NCBI GenBank assembly: GCA_965209155.1
Contig: OZ242383.1
Span: 544,001 to 608,000 of the forward strand
Direction: 5' to 3'
DNA length: 64,000 nucleotides
Source: a bacterium
GTDB taxonomy: Bacteria; SAR324; NAC60-12
Shown here: in pieces, positions 49,093 through 58,351 of the stretch
How positions within the stretch are numbered: position 1 is the first letter of the stretch
How the letters are laid out: each line of letters opens with the position of its first letter
The notes under the pieces: model-generated
What the model saw: the letters and a program-made list of their open reading frames with translations, nothing else
The model's database searches: none
Told to the model about the DNA's origin: nothing
Translations under genes and position numbers: made by a program

Positions 49093-50862
49093 ATGAAATC
49101 GAAAATCACTAAGTTTACTCTGCTGGCCCTCATCGTGGCTGCAGTCTTCATCTTCACTTCCGCTATCGCCCAAGAGAGGAAGATGCTCAAAGACCCGTCC
49201 ACCGGCAAGATGGTGACAGCACCTGAATACGGTGGAACAATTGTTTTCCCACCAACTGGCAATGGTCCTGAGCAACCGCACGCTGACGTTGTGATCAAAG
49301 GAAATTATATTATAAGTGAGGCCATTGCTCCCGTACTAGAGAAGATGGGTATGACAGACTGGTCAACGCCCAGGGACAAAGAGTGTTTTTGCGCGTGGTC
49401 TGCTCCGTTGGAAACTAGTAAACCACACCTGGCGGAGAGCTACGAGACGCCAGACCCCCTGACCTACATCTTCAAAATCCGCAAGGGCATTCACTGGCAC
49501 GATAAACCTCCGATGAACGGGCGGGAGCTGACTGCTGATGACATTGCATATAACTATCACCGGGTAACGGGTCTGGGGAGCGGCTTCACCGAGCCAAACA
49601 AATTTGTGCACAATATCTCCGGCTTGGGAATCGAATCGATAACGGCGACCGACAGGTATACGGTTGTCTTCAAGATGAAAAAAGTAAACTGGATGGCCCT
49701 TTTACAAATTTACTATAATAGCACCGAGGGTTCCTGGATATATCCCCCTGAAGTCATCAAGGAACACGGGGACGCTCAGGACTGGAAGAACCTCGTCGGC
49801 ACCGGACCCTATGAGTGGACCGACTGGGTAAAGGGCACCTCGATGACCTTCAAAAAGAATCCTAACTACTGGGCCTTTGACGAAAAGTTCCCGGAGTACC
49901 GGCTGCCCTACGCGGATGAGCTCAAGAGGGTACAAATAACGGATCCAGCTACGCAATTGGCGGCATTTCGGGCGGGCCAGATTGCTATTTTGCGACATCT
50001 TGGCGTAGACGACGGAGAGTCACTCAGGCGGACTAATCCTGATGCCACGACGTTTACGTCAATGTACCAGACCACGAAAGCTTCCTTTGCCATGAATGTG
50101 CGCGAGGCACCTTTTGACGACATCCGCGTGCGTCAGGCTATGAATTTGGCGTTAGACCACGAGACAATGAACAAAGCCCTTTATGGGGGACTTGGAGACG
50201 CGACGCCTTACGGGATTGTTGGGCCGAGTTTCCCCGGGGAATTCATCCCATTCGAGGAGTGGCCGGAAGCGGTCAAGGCAAACCATCGCTATGACCCGGA
50301 AAGGGCGAAACGGCTTCTGGCGGAAGCCGGCTACCCCAACGGCTTCAAGACCACTCTCAACTACACCACGGAATGGTATTCAGTGGATCTGGACTATGCG
50401 CAAGCAGCTAAGGACTACTGGAAGCAGATTGGCGTTGACGTCGAAATTAAGCTGACTGACGGAGCGACCGCTGCCGCTAACATACAAAATGCGACTTATA
50501 AAGGTATGACCTTTGCCGGCCGGGCTAACCAAATCGTGCCGCTTTTTGAAATAAGGGAGTTTGGTCACGCGGGTCAGGGAGCAACGAACCATTCCTTGCA
50601 CCAGGACATTGTCATGGATACCCTGATTGAAGCCGCCGAAAATGCCCCCACCTTGGAGAAAAGTATGGCGCTGACGGCTGAGGCCGATATGTACTATATA
50701 AAGCAGCAATGGACGACGTGGGCTCCGCGACCGCCTGAGTATGTCTTCGCTCAGCCGTGGCTGAAAGGTTGGAATGGTGAGTATTTTGTGGGAAGCGGAT
50801 ATGCGACTCTCTACTCCCGTCTCTGGGTTGACCAAAAGCTGAAGAAAGAAATGGGGCACTAG
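49093..50862 (+). CDS. Peptide/nickel-type (family 5) ABC substrate-binding protein
   Basis: Signal peptide; PEYGG, LAESYE, GTGPY, PFDDIRVRQA, LLAEAGYPNGF; RBS/start duplicated at 49011-49045. Confidence 0.9.
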   Translation: MKSKITKFTLLALIVAAVFIFTSAIAQERKMLKDPSTGKMVTAPEYGGTIVFPPTGNGPEQPHADVVIKGNYIISEAIAPVLEKMGMTDWSTPRDKECFCAWSAPLETSKPHLAESYETPDPLTYIFKIRKGIHWHDKPPMNGRELTADDIAYNYHRVTGLGSGFTEPNKFVHNISGLGIESITATDRYTVVFKMKKVNWMALLQIYYNSTEGSWIYPPEVIKEHGDAQDWKNLVGTGPYEWTDWVKGTSMTFKKNPNYWAFDEKFPEYRLPYADELKRVQITDPATQLAAFRAGQIAILRHLGVDDGESLRRTNPDATTFTSMYQTTKASFAMNVREAPFDDIRVRQAMNLALDHETMNKALYGGLGDATPYGIVGPSFPGEFIPFEEWPEAVKANHRYDPERAKRLLAEAGYPNGFKTTLNYTTEWYSVDLDYAQAAKDYWKQIGVDVEIKLTDGATAAANIQNATYKGMTFAGRANQIVPLFEIREFGHAGQGATNHSLHQDIVMDTLIEAAENAPTLEKSMALTAEADMYYIKQQWTTWAPRPPEYVFAQPWLKGWNGEYFVGSGYATLYSRLWVDQKLKKEMGH

Positions 50863-50887
50863 GGATTCATTCCTTTGGATAGCAAAT

Positions 50888-50984
50888 TGTTCCCATGCTT
50901 TGCGTGGGAACAGGGGATTAGACGCTTCGCGTCTGACCGCAAAGCGGTCACATCTTGACATTCCCACGTGAAACGTGGGAACGA
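50888..50984. repeat. REP-like element (TTCCCA...GTGGGAAC family) bracketed by a 23-bp direct repeat
   Basis: Half copy at 48820-48872; ACTAGGGATTCATTCCTT(T/A)GGAT at 50858-50880 and 51029-51051. Confidence 0.7.
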
Positions 50985-51062
50985 TTTCAGGAATGTTGGA
51001 CATGGGTCAACTATTTTCTAACAGCAATACTAGGGATTCATTCCTTAGGATGATGTTCATAG

Positions 51063-51102
51063 AGAAGCGGGTGTTGGGGATTAAAGCCTCGGCACCCGCT
51101 TC
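51063..51102 (+). terminator. Intercistronic stem-loop (terminator or mRNA stabiliser)
   Basis: AGAAGCGGGTG...CACCCGCTTCT between the binding-protein gene and the permease. Confidence 0.55.
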
Positions 51103-51124
51103 TAATTCTGAATGAGTAAGTGAG

Positions 51125-52081
51125 ATGAGAACCTACATCATCAGAAGATTGCTGTTAATCATTCCCACCTTGTTTGTTGTGTCGACCATAGTCTTTCTTT
51201 CCGTTCGCTTGATCCCCGGAGATGTCATCACCATGATGAGCGCACAGGCGGGAAGCGGCTTTGGCGTTGGAGTGAACCGTGAAGCCCTTGAGCGTGAGTT
51301 CGGGCTGGATGTGCCGTGGTATGTCCAATATGTTCGTTGGATGGCCGGGTTGTTTCGAGGGGACCTTGGGGAATCATTCAGGGGGCAATCTCCCGTTACC
51401 GATGAGATACTCCCTCGGTTGCCAGTGACCCTTGAGCTAGGGTTCTTTGCCATGCTTATCTCAGTAATCACAGCGCTGCCGGTAGGCATCTACTCGGCGA
51501 TTCGCCAGGATACCCTCGGTGATTACATGGGACGCGGCATAGCCATTGTCTTCATCTCAATCCCATTATTCTGGACAGCGACCATGGTCATGATTTATCC
51601 CGCGCTCTGGTGGGGGTGGGCCCCCCCGTTGGAACTCATCCCTTTCGAGAGAGACCCGCTGGGCCATCTGGGGATGTTTATCATTCCGGCCATCGTGATG
51701 GGGTTGTTCCTTTCGGGAACCACTATTCGAATGACGCGCACCATGATGCTGGAAGTCCTGCGGCAAGATTATATCCGGACGGCCTGGTCAAAAGGTCTCA
51801 CGGAGAGGGCGGTCGTTATCGGGCATGCCATGAAGAACTCCCTGATCCCGGTGGTCACCGCAATAGGGACTCTTATGCCTTACGTGATTGGAGGCGCGGT
51901 CATCGTTGAGCAGATATTCGCGCTACCCGGCATCGGCCAATTCATGCTGGAAGCCATTACCTATCGAGACTATCCCGTGGTCTCTGCCATTAACCTGATT
52001 ACGGCCACCTTAGTGGTGCTGATCAATCTCCTGGTCGACCTGACCTACGCCTACCTGGACCCCAGGATTCGATATCGCTAA
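51125..52081 (+). CDS. ABC permease (DppB/OppB-like)
   Basis: YIIRRLL, GDLGES, QDYIRTAWSKGL, DPRIRY. Confidence 0.92.
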   Translation: MRTYIIRRLLLIIPTLFVVSTIVFLSVRLIPGDVITMMSAQAGSGFGVGVNREALEREFGLDVPWYVQYVRWMAGLFRGDLGESFRGQSPVTDEILPRLPVTLELGFFAMLISVITALPVGIYSAIRQDTLGDYMGRGIAIVFISIPLFWTATMVMIYPALWWGWAPPLELIPFERDPLGHLGMFIIPAIVMGLFLSGTTIRMTRTMMLEVLRQDYIRTAWSKGLTERAVVIGHAMKNSLIPVVTAIGTLMPYVIGGAVIVEQIFALPGIGQFMLEAITYRDYPVVSAINLITATLVVLINLLVDLTYAYLDPRIRYR

Positions 52082-52094
52082 GGAAACAGAAAAA

Positions 52095-52181
52095 CCCTCC
52101 CCACCGCTATGCGGTCCCCCCCTCCCGAGAGGCCGTACGCGGAAGCGGGAATTCCCCTCTCGGGAGGGGTTAGGGGTGGGT
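52095..52181. repeat. REP-like palindrome (CCCCTCCCGAGAGG / CCCCTCTCGGGAGGGG)
   Basis: Inverted arms; bracketed by CTAAG(G)AAACAGAAAAA at 52078 and 52208. Confidence 0.65.
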
Positions 52182-52225
52182 CAACTAGAGAAAATTGACA
52201 GATACTACTAAGAAACAGAAAAATC

Positions 52226-53167
52226 ATGACTGAAGTAACAAATAGTGCGACTCCCTTGGCAGAGCAAAAGAGACGCTCCCGCTTGATAGACTTCTTCCGA
52301 AGGCTGGTCAGGGAAAAGCCACTGGGTACATTTGGCGGCATCATCGTGCTGCTGATGCTGCTCGTCGGCATCTTCGCCGACGTCCTGGCTCCCTACGGGA
52401 TGAACGAGACTCACCTGATAGACAGGCTGAGTCCAGCGTCAGGGAAATACCTGCTGGGGACCGACCAATTGGGGCGAGACATCCTCAGCCGAGTCATCTA
52501 CGGGGCCCGCGTTTCGGTTATCATTGGCCTGGCAGGAACCAGTCTCTGTGTGGCGGTGGCGATGTTAATCGGCATTACCGGATTCTTCGGCGGCAAGCTC
52601 GACCTGATCCTCCAGAGGTTGGTTGACGGCTGGATGGCCTTCCCGCCGCTGCTCATTCTCGTCACGGTGATGTCGCTGGCTGGACAAGGCATGCTTCAGA
52701 TCATCCTGGTCCTGGGGATCAGCTTTGGCATCAGTAATTCGAAGATAGCGCGCAGTGCCGTCATCGCCATCAAAGAGAGCATGTACATTCAGGCGGCAGA
52801 AGCGATTGGGGTGGGCACCGGCAGAACCATCCTCCGCCATGTGTTTCCCAACATCATGGCACCCCTGATCGTCATATTCACAGTGAATGTAGGCGGTATC
52901 ATCGTGACCGAAGCCGCCCTGAGCTTCCTCGGCTTCGGTCTGCCTCCGGATGCGGCCAGCTGGGGAGGGATGCTCAGTTGGGAAGGACGCCGATACATGG
53001 AGATGGCCCCGCGGATAGCCCTCTGGCCCGGGGTTACCCTGAGCGTCGTGGTCTGGGGCACCAACATGTTCGGCGATGCCTTAAGAGACCTGCTCGATCC
53101 CAGCCTGCGGGGCGGTGTGGGTCGCTTCGAAAGGCTCAAAAAGAAAAAGGTTAAAAAGAAAAACTGA
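52226..53167 (+). CDS. ABC permease (DppC/OppC-like)
   Basis: LGTDQLGRDILSR, EAALSFLG, GDALRDLLDP. Confidence 0.92.
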   Translation: MTEVTNSATPLAEQKRRSRLIDFFRRLVREKPLGTFGGIIVLLMLLVGIFADVLAPYGMNETHLIDRLSPASGKYLLGTDQLGRDILSRVIYGARVSVIIGLAGTSLCVAVAMLIGITGFFGGKLDLILQRLVDGWMAFPPLLILVTVMSLAGQGMLQIILVLGISFGISNSKIARSAVIAIKESMYIQAAEAIGVGTGRTILRHVFPNIMAPLIVIFTVNVGGIIVTEAALSFLGFGLPPDAASWGGMLSWEGRRYMEMAPRIALWPGVTLSVVVWGTNMFGDALRDLLDPSLRGGVGRFERLKKKKVKKKN

Positions 53168-53265
53168 TAAACGCATTAGAGGAGTTTCTATGACAGGGAC
53201 ACTGGAACAGCGCCCCTTCGGGCGTACAAATGAGAGCTTTAATTATTTTAATTTGCAGGAGGAAT

Positions 53266-53577
53266 ATGGCTGTACTTTATATCAGTAAAATAAAAATTAA
53301 AAAAGATAAGAAGGATGAATTTGTGGATTTATTGAAGTCTCCAAAAGGATTTGCTCTCACAAAATCAAAACCTGGGCTTAATTCTTTGGAAAGTGGAGTT
53401 TCCACAGATGATTCTGGTCAAAGCACTGTCCACATATGGTGTAAATGGGAGAAAAGGGAAGATTTTGAAAATTACACGAAAGATCCTAACCGAGATCCTG
53501 AAAGTGAGTACAATAAGAAATTGGCAGGTATGACAGACGGGCCTCCAAAGATGGTTTGGCTTGAAATTATTGAGTAA
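53266..53577 (+). CDS. Small dimeric alpha/beta-barrel (ABM-like) protein
   Basis: K.K..KKDEF...W.KREDFENY pattern; RBS AGGAGG; visibly AT-rich. Confidence 0.6.
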   Translation: MAVLYISKIKIKKDKKDEFVDLLKSPKGFALTKSKPGLNSLESGVSTDDSGQSTVHIWCKWEKREDFENYTKDPNRDPESEYNKKLAGMTDGPPKMVWLEIIE

Positions 53578-53620
53578 GCGGTAAAGAGTATGAGTATTCA
53601 GAGTTTATAAAGGAGGAAAA

Positions 53621-54556
53621 ATGAACCTACCCACGTGGACCCGCGACGCCGGGACAATGAAACGAGATATCGACGAGCATGGATATTGTCTCGTCAAGGA
53701 AGCGCTGACACCGGAACAGCTTGCCGAAGCACGCGAGCGTCTCAGCGAGCAGGCCGAGGCCGAGCGCAAGGCCGGCGTCGCCTTCTTCTATGACGGCCGG
53801 ATCCCTGGTGACCTGGGAACATTTCCGGAACCCAAGACTGGCAACAGCCAACTTGTGGGTTTTCTCGCAAACAAGGGCCGCATCTTTCGCGAGATGGCTG
53901 CGCGGCCGGACATTCTGGACATTGTGCGCCATGTGCTCGGCGAGGAAATCCGTATCCAAAATCTCATAGCGCACATCACTCGCAGTGGCCGCCAGGCGCA
54001 GACGCTGCACCAGGACCAATGGTTCGTCCCATCGGCCGGCCGCTATGACGAGCCGATGCGGGCCGGATCGATCACACGCGCGAATCCTGGCCAGCCCGAG
54101 ACACCGGGAGCGACCCTGATGCCGTGCATCGTGTGCAACGTCTTTTGGATGCTGGACGACTTCACCAGCGAAAACGGTGCAACCTGGATCGTGCCCGGCA
54201 GCCACAAGCTCGGACGCCGACCGAACAAGGACGACATTAAGAACCAGATGCAGGTAACAGGCCCGGCCGGCAACTGCTTCATCTTCGACGGCCGGCTCAT
54301 TCATGGAGCCGGAGCCTACCTCTCTCAGGATCCAACTGGCGAGCGGACGGGCCTCACCTTCGCTTACCAACCGCCCATGTTCAGGCCCTTCGAGAACTAT
54401 CCGATGGCGTTGCTTCCTGAGGTGTATGAGGAAGCCTCCCAAGAGCTTCTCGATCTCCTGGGCTTCAAGGTCTGGTTCGGCATTGGCCACCGGGGCGACT
54501 TTCTCGCGGAGCGCATCTCGCCCGACACACCGATCATCGGGGAACTGAAGCCTTGA
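53621..54556 (+). CDS. Phytanoyl-CoA dioxygenase (PhyH)-family protein
   Basis: LHQDQ, WMLDDFTSENGAT.IVPGSH, DGRLIHG. Confidence 0.9.
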   Translation: MNLPTWTRDAGTMKRDIDEHGYCLVKEALTPEQLAEARERLSEQAEAERKAGVAFFYDGRIPGDLGTFPEPKTGNSQLVGFLANKGRIFREMAARPDILDIVRHVLGEEIRIQNLIAHITRSGRQAQTLHQDQWFVPSAGRYDEPMRAGSITRANPGQPETPGATLMPCIVCNVFWMLDDFTSENGATWIVPGSHKLGRRPNKDDIKNQMQVTGPAGNCFIFDGRLIHGAGAYLSQDPTGERTGLTFAYQPPMFRPFENYPMALLPEVYEEASQELLDLLGFKVWFGIGHRGDFLAERISPDTPIIGELKP

Positions 54557-54593
54557 TCAAAACGATTTATCTCTTAAAATTAGAGGAGTTTCT

Positions 54594-55526
54594 ATGACAG
54601 AGACACTGGAACAGCGCCCCTTCGGGCGTACAGGGGAGATGGTCAGCCTCATCGGGCTGGGTGGCGCCGCGCTCCATAAGCACAGCTATCAGCACGGGCT
54701 GGCCACCGTCAAACATGCGCTGGATCTGGGGATCCGCTATTTTGATACCTCTCCTTGGTACGGCATCGCGGCTGATGAGAAGTGGATCAGCGAGGGTGAA
54801 TCGCAGCACATTATGGGTGAGGGGCTCGAGGGGACAAGCAAGCCGCATCTACTGGCCACGAAGATTAATGCCTGGCGGACCTACAATCATTCGGTAGAAG
54901 ATTGTCTCGCGCAGGTACGAGACAACCTCCGTGTGCTGCGTCGTGACCGGGTCGACGTGCTCTTAGGCCACGAAATGGGACATAGACGATTCTGGAAGCC
55001 GGACGCGAAAGAAGAGGAGCAGCTGGAGATCGAGGAGTCGCTCGACTACGAGAATGCGCCGGTGATGCAAGCCCTTCGTGAGGCCAAGGTGCAGGGGTTC
55101 TGCCGTTACCTGGGTCTCAGTGGCGGCCCGTCAGAGCTCCTGGCTCATGTGATGCAGCGGGTAAAACTCGACATGTGCCTGTCCGCCGGTGGGTATTCGC
55201 TGAGGGATCGTACTTCTCCGCGTGTGATGCTCCCGGTCATTCGTGAACAGGGCATGGCCTATGTGATTGGCGGCATTTTTTCTGTACTGGGCAAAGGTGT
55301 CTTCAACGGAGCACTCTTCAAGGATGCGCATCTCCTCGAGTTGGCCCGGACCACGGGTCTTTCGATTGCGGCGATGAGTGTGCGCTTTTTGATGGCCAAT
55401 CGGGAGATTACAACTATCCTGGTGGGCGCGTCCACACCCGAAGAGATTGAGGAGAGCGTCGTGGCCGCCCAGGCCGGCCCGCTCCCGCCTGATATTCAGC
55501 AAACCCTGGAAGCGCTCGCTCTTTAA
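54594..55526 (+). CDS. Aldo/keto reductase
   Basis: RPFGRTG...IGLG, GIRYFDTSPWYG, LATK, ILVGASTPEEIEE. Confidence 0.88.
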   Translation: MTETLEQRPFGRTGEMVSLIGLGGAALHKHSYQHGLATVKHALDLGIRYFDTSPWYGIAADEKWISEGESQHIMGEGLEGTSKPHLLATKINAWRTYNHSVEDCLAQVRDNLRVLRRDRVDVLLGHEMGHRRFWKPDAKEEEQLEIEESLDYENAPVMQALREAKVQGFCRYLGLSGGPSELLAHVMQRVKLDMCLSAGGYSLRDRTSPRVMLPVIREQGMAYVIGGIFSVLGKGVFNGALFKDAHLLELARTTGLSIAAMSVRFLMANREITTILVGASTPEEIEESVVAAQAGPLPPDIQQTLEALAL

Positions 55527-55674
55527 AAAGAATGAAACGAGATATCGACGAGCATGGATATTGTCTCGTCAAGGAAGCGCTGACACCGGAACAGCTTGCC
55601 GAAGCACGCGAGCGTCTCAGCGAGAAGGCCGAGGCTTCGTAATTGGGAGTATCGCTTGTGGGAGGCATAGAATT

Positions 55675-56523
55675 TTAGCGGGGATCAGCATCTTTCTCTT
55701 GGAGGAGAGCACGTAACCGTTCAACTTCCGCAAGCGCTTTTTCTTCTCTTGCCAAGGCAATTTTTTCTCTTGCCAAGGCGTTTTCTTTCAGTTTTCGCTC
55801 TTTTTCTTTTTGCTGACGCTCTTGTTGGAAGCTTTTCAGGAGAAATGGTTGGTAGAGAGGATCCTCGATCAATGTTTCAAAGGCCACCTGTTTTTCTAAA
55901 TCCTCCAGACGAAAGGCGAAACGATCCAAAACCCGGGAATGAATCACTCCGGGCTCTTGATGCTTCATCCTCTCATAAACCCCTTGCTCATTGAGGAAAT
56001 AGAAGGCGGTGTGGTTGTGCAAACGGTCTAAAATATAATATTCCGCCACCCCTGCTTTGGCGTATTCTTCTTTTTTGTGTACCGTATCCCGTTCTACCTC
56101 TGCGGGAGTCGAGTCGGATAAAAACTCAATACAGAGGTCACACACCCCATGAAACGAACGATCCAACGGTTTGGCCTCGACTGGATTGGAGTGGAGAATC
56201 ACGGCCAGATCCGGTTTGCGAATGCTCACTTCGTTGTCTCCCAACTCCAAACGAAAACCCATTTCCAATATCATCATCCGTCCGATGGGAAAGACGGTCA
56301 AATACTCTTTTAATAAGTGGAAGAACCATTCATAGAGGGAGATGCTTAAAAAATCTGGCATAGGCTTTTCCTCCAAGAGTCCATTGTTCCATTCATATGA
56401 ACCATCCGGGTGTTCATAATACGTCTTCCAATACTCAGCTTCACTCACCCTGTGCGGCTCCTTGGCAGAAGGAGGCAACCGTGTTGGAGAAGAGTGATTT
56501 TTGACGGATTCTAAAGTAGTCAT
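55675..56523 (-). CDS. Uma2-family protein, copy 2
   Basis: Near-identical direct-orientation paralog of 16655-17533, including about 90 bp upstream. Confidence 0.85.
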   Translation of the reverse strand: MTTLESVKNHSSPTRLPPSAKEPHRVSEAEYWKTYYEHPDGSYEWNNGLLEEKPMPDFLSISLYEWFFHLLKEYLTVFPIGRMMILEMGFRLELGDNEVSIRKPDLAVILHSNPVEAKPLDRSFHGVCDLCIEFLSDSTPAEVERDTVHKKEEYAKAGVAEYYILDRLHNHTAFYFLNEQGVYERMKHQEPGVIHSRVLDRFAFRLEDLEKQVAFETLIEDPLYQPFLLKSFQQERQQKEKERKLKENALAREKIALAREEKALAEVERLRALLQEKDADPR

Positions 56524-56839
56524 GATGCAATCGATGGGAAGGAGAGGTGAAATTTGTCGTCTTTTCGAAAGAATAACACATTGTGTGGAGGACAGCAATT
56601 TCTATGTTGATCGACTTGTAACTATTCAGGTATCTTCAGAGAACCCATCGATTTAAGCACAGGTTTTGCGTGGCATTAGAGTCCGGAAAGGACTTTATGC
56701 TCTCGAAAGTTCAAAAATATATTGATTCCCTTTCATCGACTCCCCACCTCGAGGCTTTTCAAGAAGCCAGTCAACTCTTTGAAAAAGAACGAAAACCATG
56801 GAAGCAAGAGCGCTTAGAACGTAACATGAGTTCTTAACT

Positions 56840-58336
56840 TCAAACCAATTTGATTCGAGGTCGGAAAATTCCTTGGGGAGACGGTTCAAATTGCAGGATT
56901 CTATTGATGCAGGAGAGCGATTCGTCCAAGTGGTGCGTCACGTACAGGATATGAACTTCCGTATTTTTTGCTATGTAATCGACCAGGTCGAGTACCATTC
57001 TCCGGTTGGCATAATCCAGTCCCTGACACGGTTCGTCCAAAATAAGCAGCAAGGGAGATTTGACCATGGCCCGGGCAAGCAAAGCCATGCGCTGTTGTCC
57101 TTGGGAAAGTTGGTTGAATGGACTATCGGCTTTTTCTTCAAGGGAGAGAATGTGGATCCACTGAAGGGCAATCAAACGCTGTTCAGGGGAGTATCGCCGG
57201 TAGAGACCAATGGAATCGAAGAAACCGGAAAGGATGACATGCATCGTACTCAAATGACTGTAATAGCGAACCTGAAGTTCTGCGGAGACTTTTCCGATTT
57301 TCTTTTTGATATCCCAAATACTTTCACCCGTGCCCCTGCGCCTTCCAAAAAGGTATATTTTATTGGAATATGCCTGTAAATTTTCAGTGGAGATCAGACT
57401 CAACAACGTCGATTTCCCCGCTCCATTGGGACCCGCGATTGCCCAGTGCTCGCCTTTTTTCATAGTCCAGTTGAAGCCATTCAAGACCGTCACCGCTCCG
57501 TATTGAACCCTGACGTTTTCCATGGAAATCAGGACTTCGTCAGGCACTTGTTCGAGCATTTGCCGTGAATTGTTGAAATCCGGCACGAAGGTGTGGTTCA
57601 AATCATTTCCTTGGTAGAGGCGTTTGAGAAATCGCGTATTCAAAATGTCTTCCTTCTTCCCCTGCGCGAAAATCTTACAATCTTTCAGGCATAAAACATG
57701 AGTGACGTTCTCCGGAATTTCCTCCAGTCGATGGGTAATGAGGAGAATTTTCAAATCATGCTCCATCAAAAGGTTAATCGTTTCGGAGAACATTGTTCGG
57801 GACGATGCGTCCAACCCGTCAAAAGGCTCATCCAAAATGAGGAGTTTGGGGTTTTTGACCATTCCTCTCGCGATCATCATTTTGCGAATTTCGCCATGAG
57901 ACAAAGAGCGTACTCCCCGGTCCAGCAGACATTGTAGATGAAGTCGAGCAATAATTCGCTCCAATCCACGATGGTCCAATTCATCGGCTTTGACTGCCAT
58001 GATAATTTCCCGCATCGTGGTGACTTCATCCACCGTGCCTTTGTATGCCCTGGCTAAATCTTCCCGGTCTTCCCGCAACATCAGCTGCTGTTGAATGTTA
58101 AAAGAAACATAGGCTATGCCATTTTGGACATAAAGTGCCGGGTCCCGCCGCATGAGGCCGCAACAGACAGGCACTTGCCCGAGTAGCACCCGGCAGAGTA
58201 ATGATTTTCCGGAGCCGTTGGGACCAATAACCGCCCAGTTCTGATTCGGGTATACTTTCCACGTGGTGTCCGGCAATATCATTTGCCCCCGGATGATGGC
58301 CGTAATTTTATCCAAAGAGAAGATGGGTCGTTCCAT
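56840..58336 (-). CDS. ModF-like ABC ATPase with two nucleotide-binding domains
   Basis: GPNGSGKS / LSHGE / LDEP and GPNGAGKS / LSQGQ / LDEPCQGLD; GESIWDIKKKIG. Confidence 0.88.
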   Translation of the reverse strand: MERPIFSLDKITAIIRGQMILPDTTWKVYPNQNWAVIGPNGSGKSLLCRVLLGQVPVCCGLMRRDPALYVQNGIAYVSFNIQQQLMLREDREDLARAYKGTVDEVTTMREIIMAVKADELDHRGLERIIARLHLQCLLDRGVRSLSHGEIRKMMIARGMVKNPKLLILDEPFDGLDASSRTMFSETINLLMEHDLKILLITHRLEEIPENVTHVLCLKDCKIFAQGKKEDILNTRFLKRLYQGNDLNHTFVPDFNNSRQMLEQVPDEVLISMENVRVQYGAVTVLNGFNWTMKKGEHWAIAGPNGAGKSTLLSLISTENLQAYSNKIYLFGRRRGTGESIWDIKKKIGKVSAELQVRYYSHLSTMHVILSGFFDSIGLYRRYSPEQRLIALQWIHILSLEEKADSPFNQLSQGQQRMALLARAMVKSPLLLILDEPCQGLDYANRRMVLDLVDYIAKNTEVHILYVTHHLDESLSCINRILQFEPSPQGIFRPRIKLV

Positions 58337-58351
58337 AAGAGCAGGAAATCC

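Noticed and set aside
53175..55635. Diversity-generating retroelement TR/VR pairs
   Set aside because: No reverse transcriptase; repeats lie at gene starts and have only one mismatch each, not adenine-specific hypervariation
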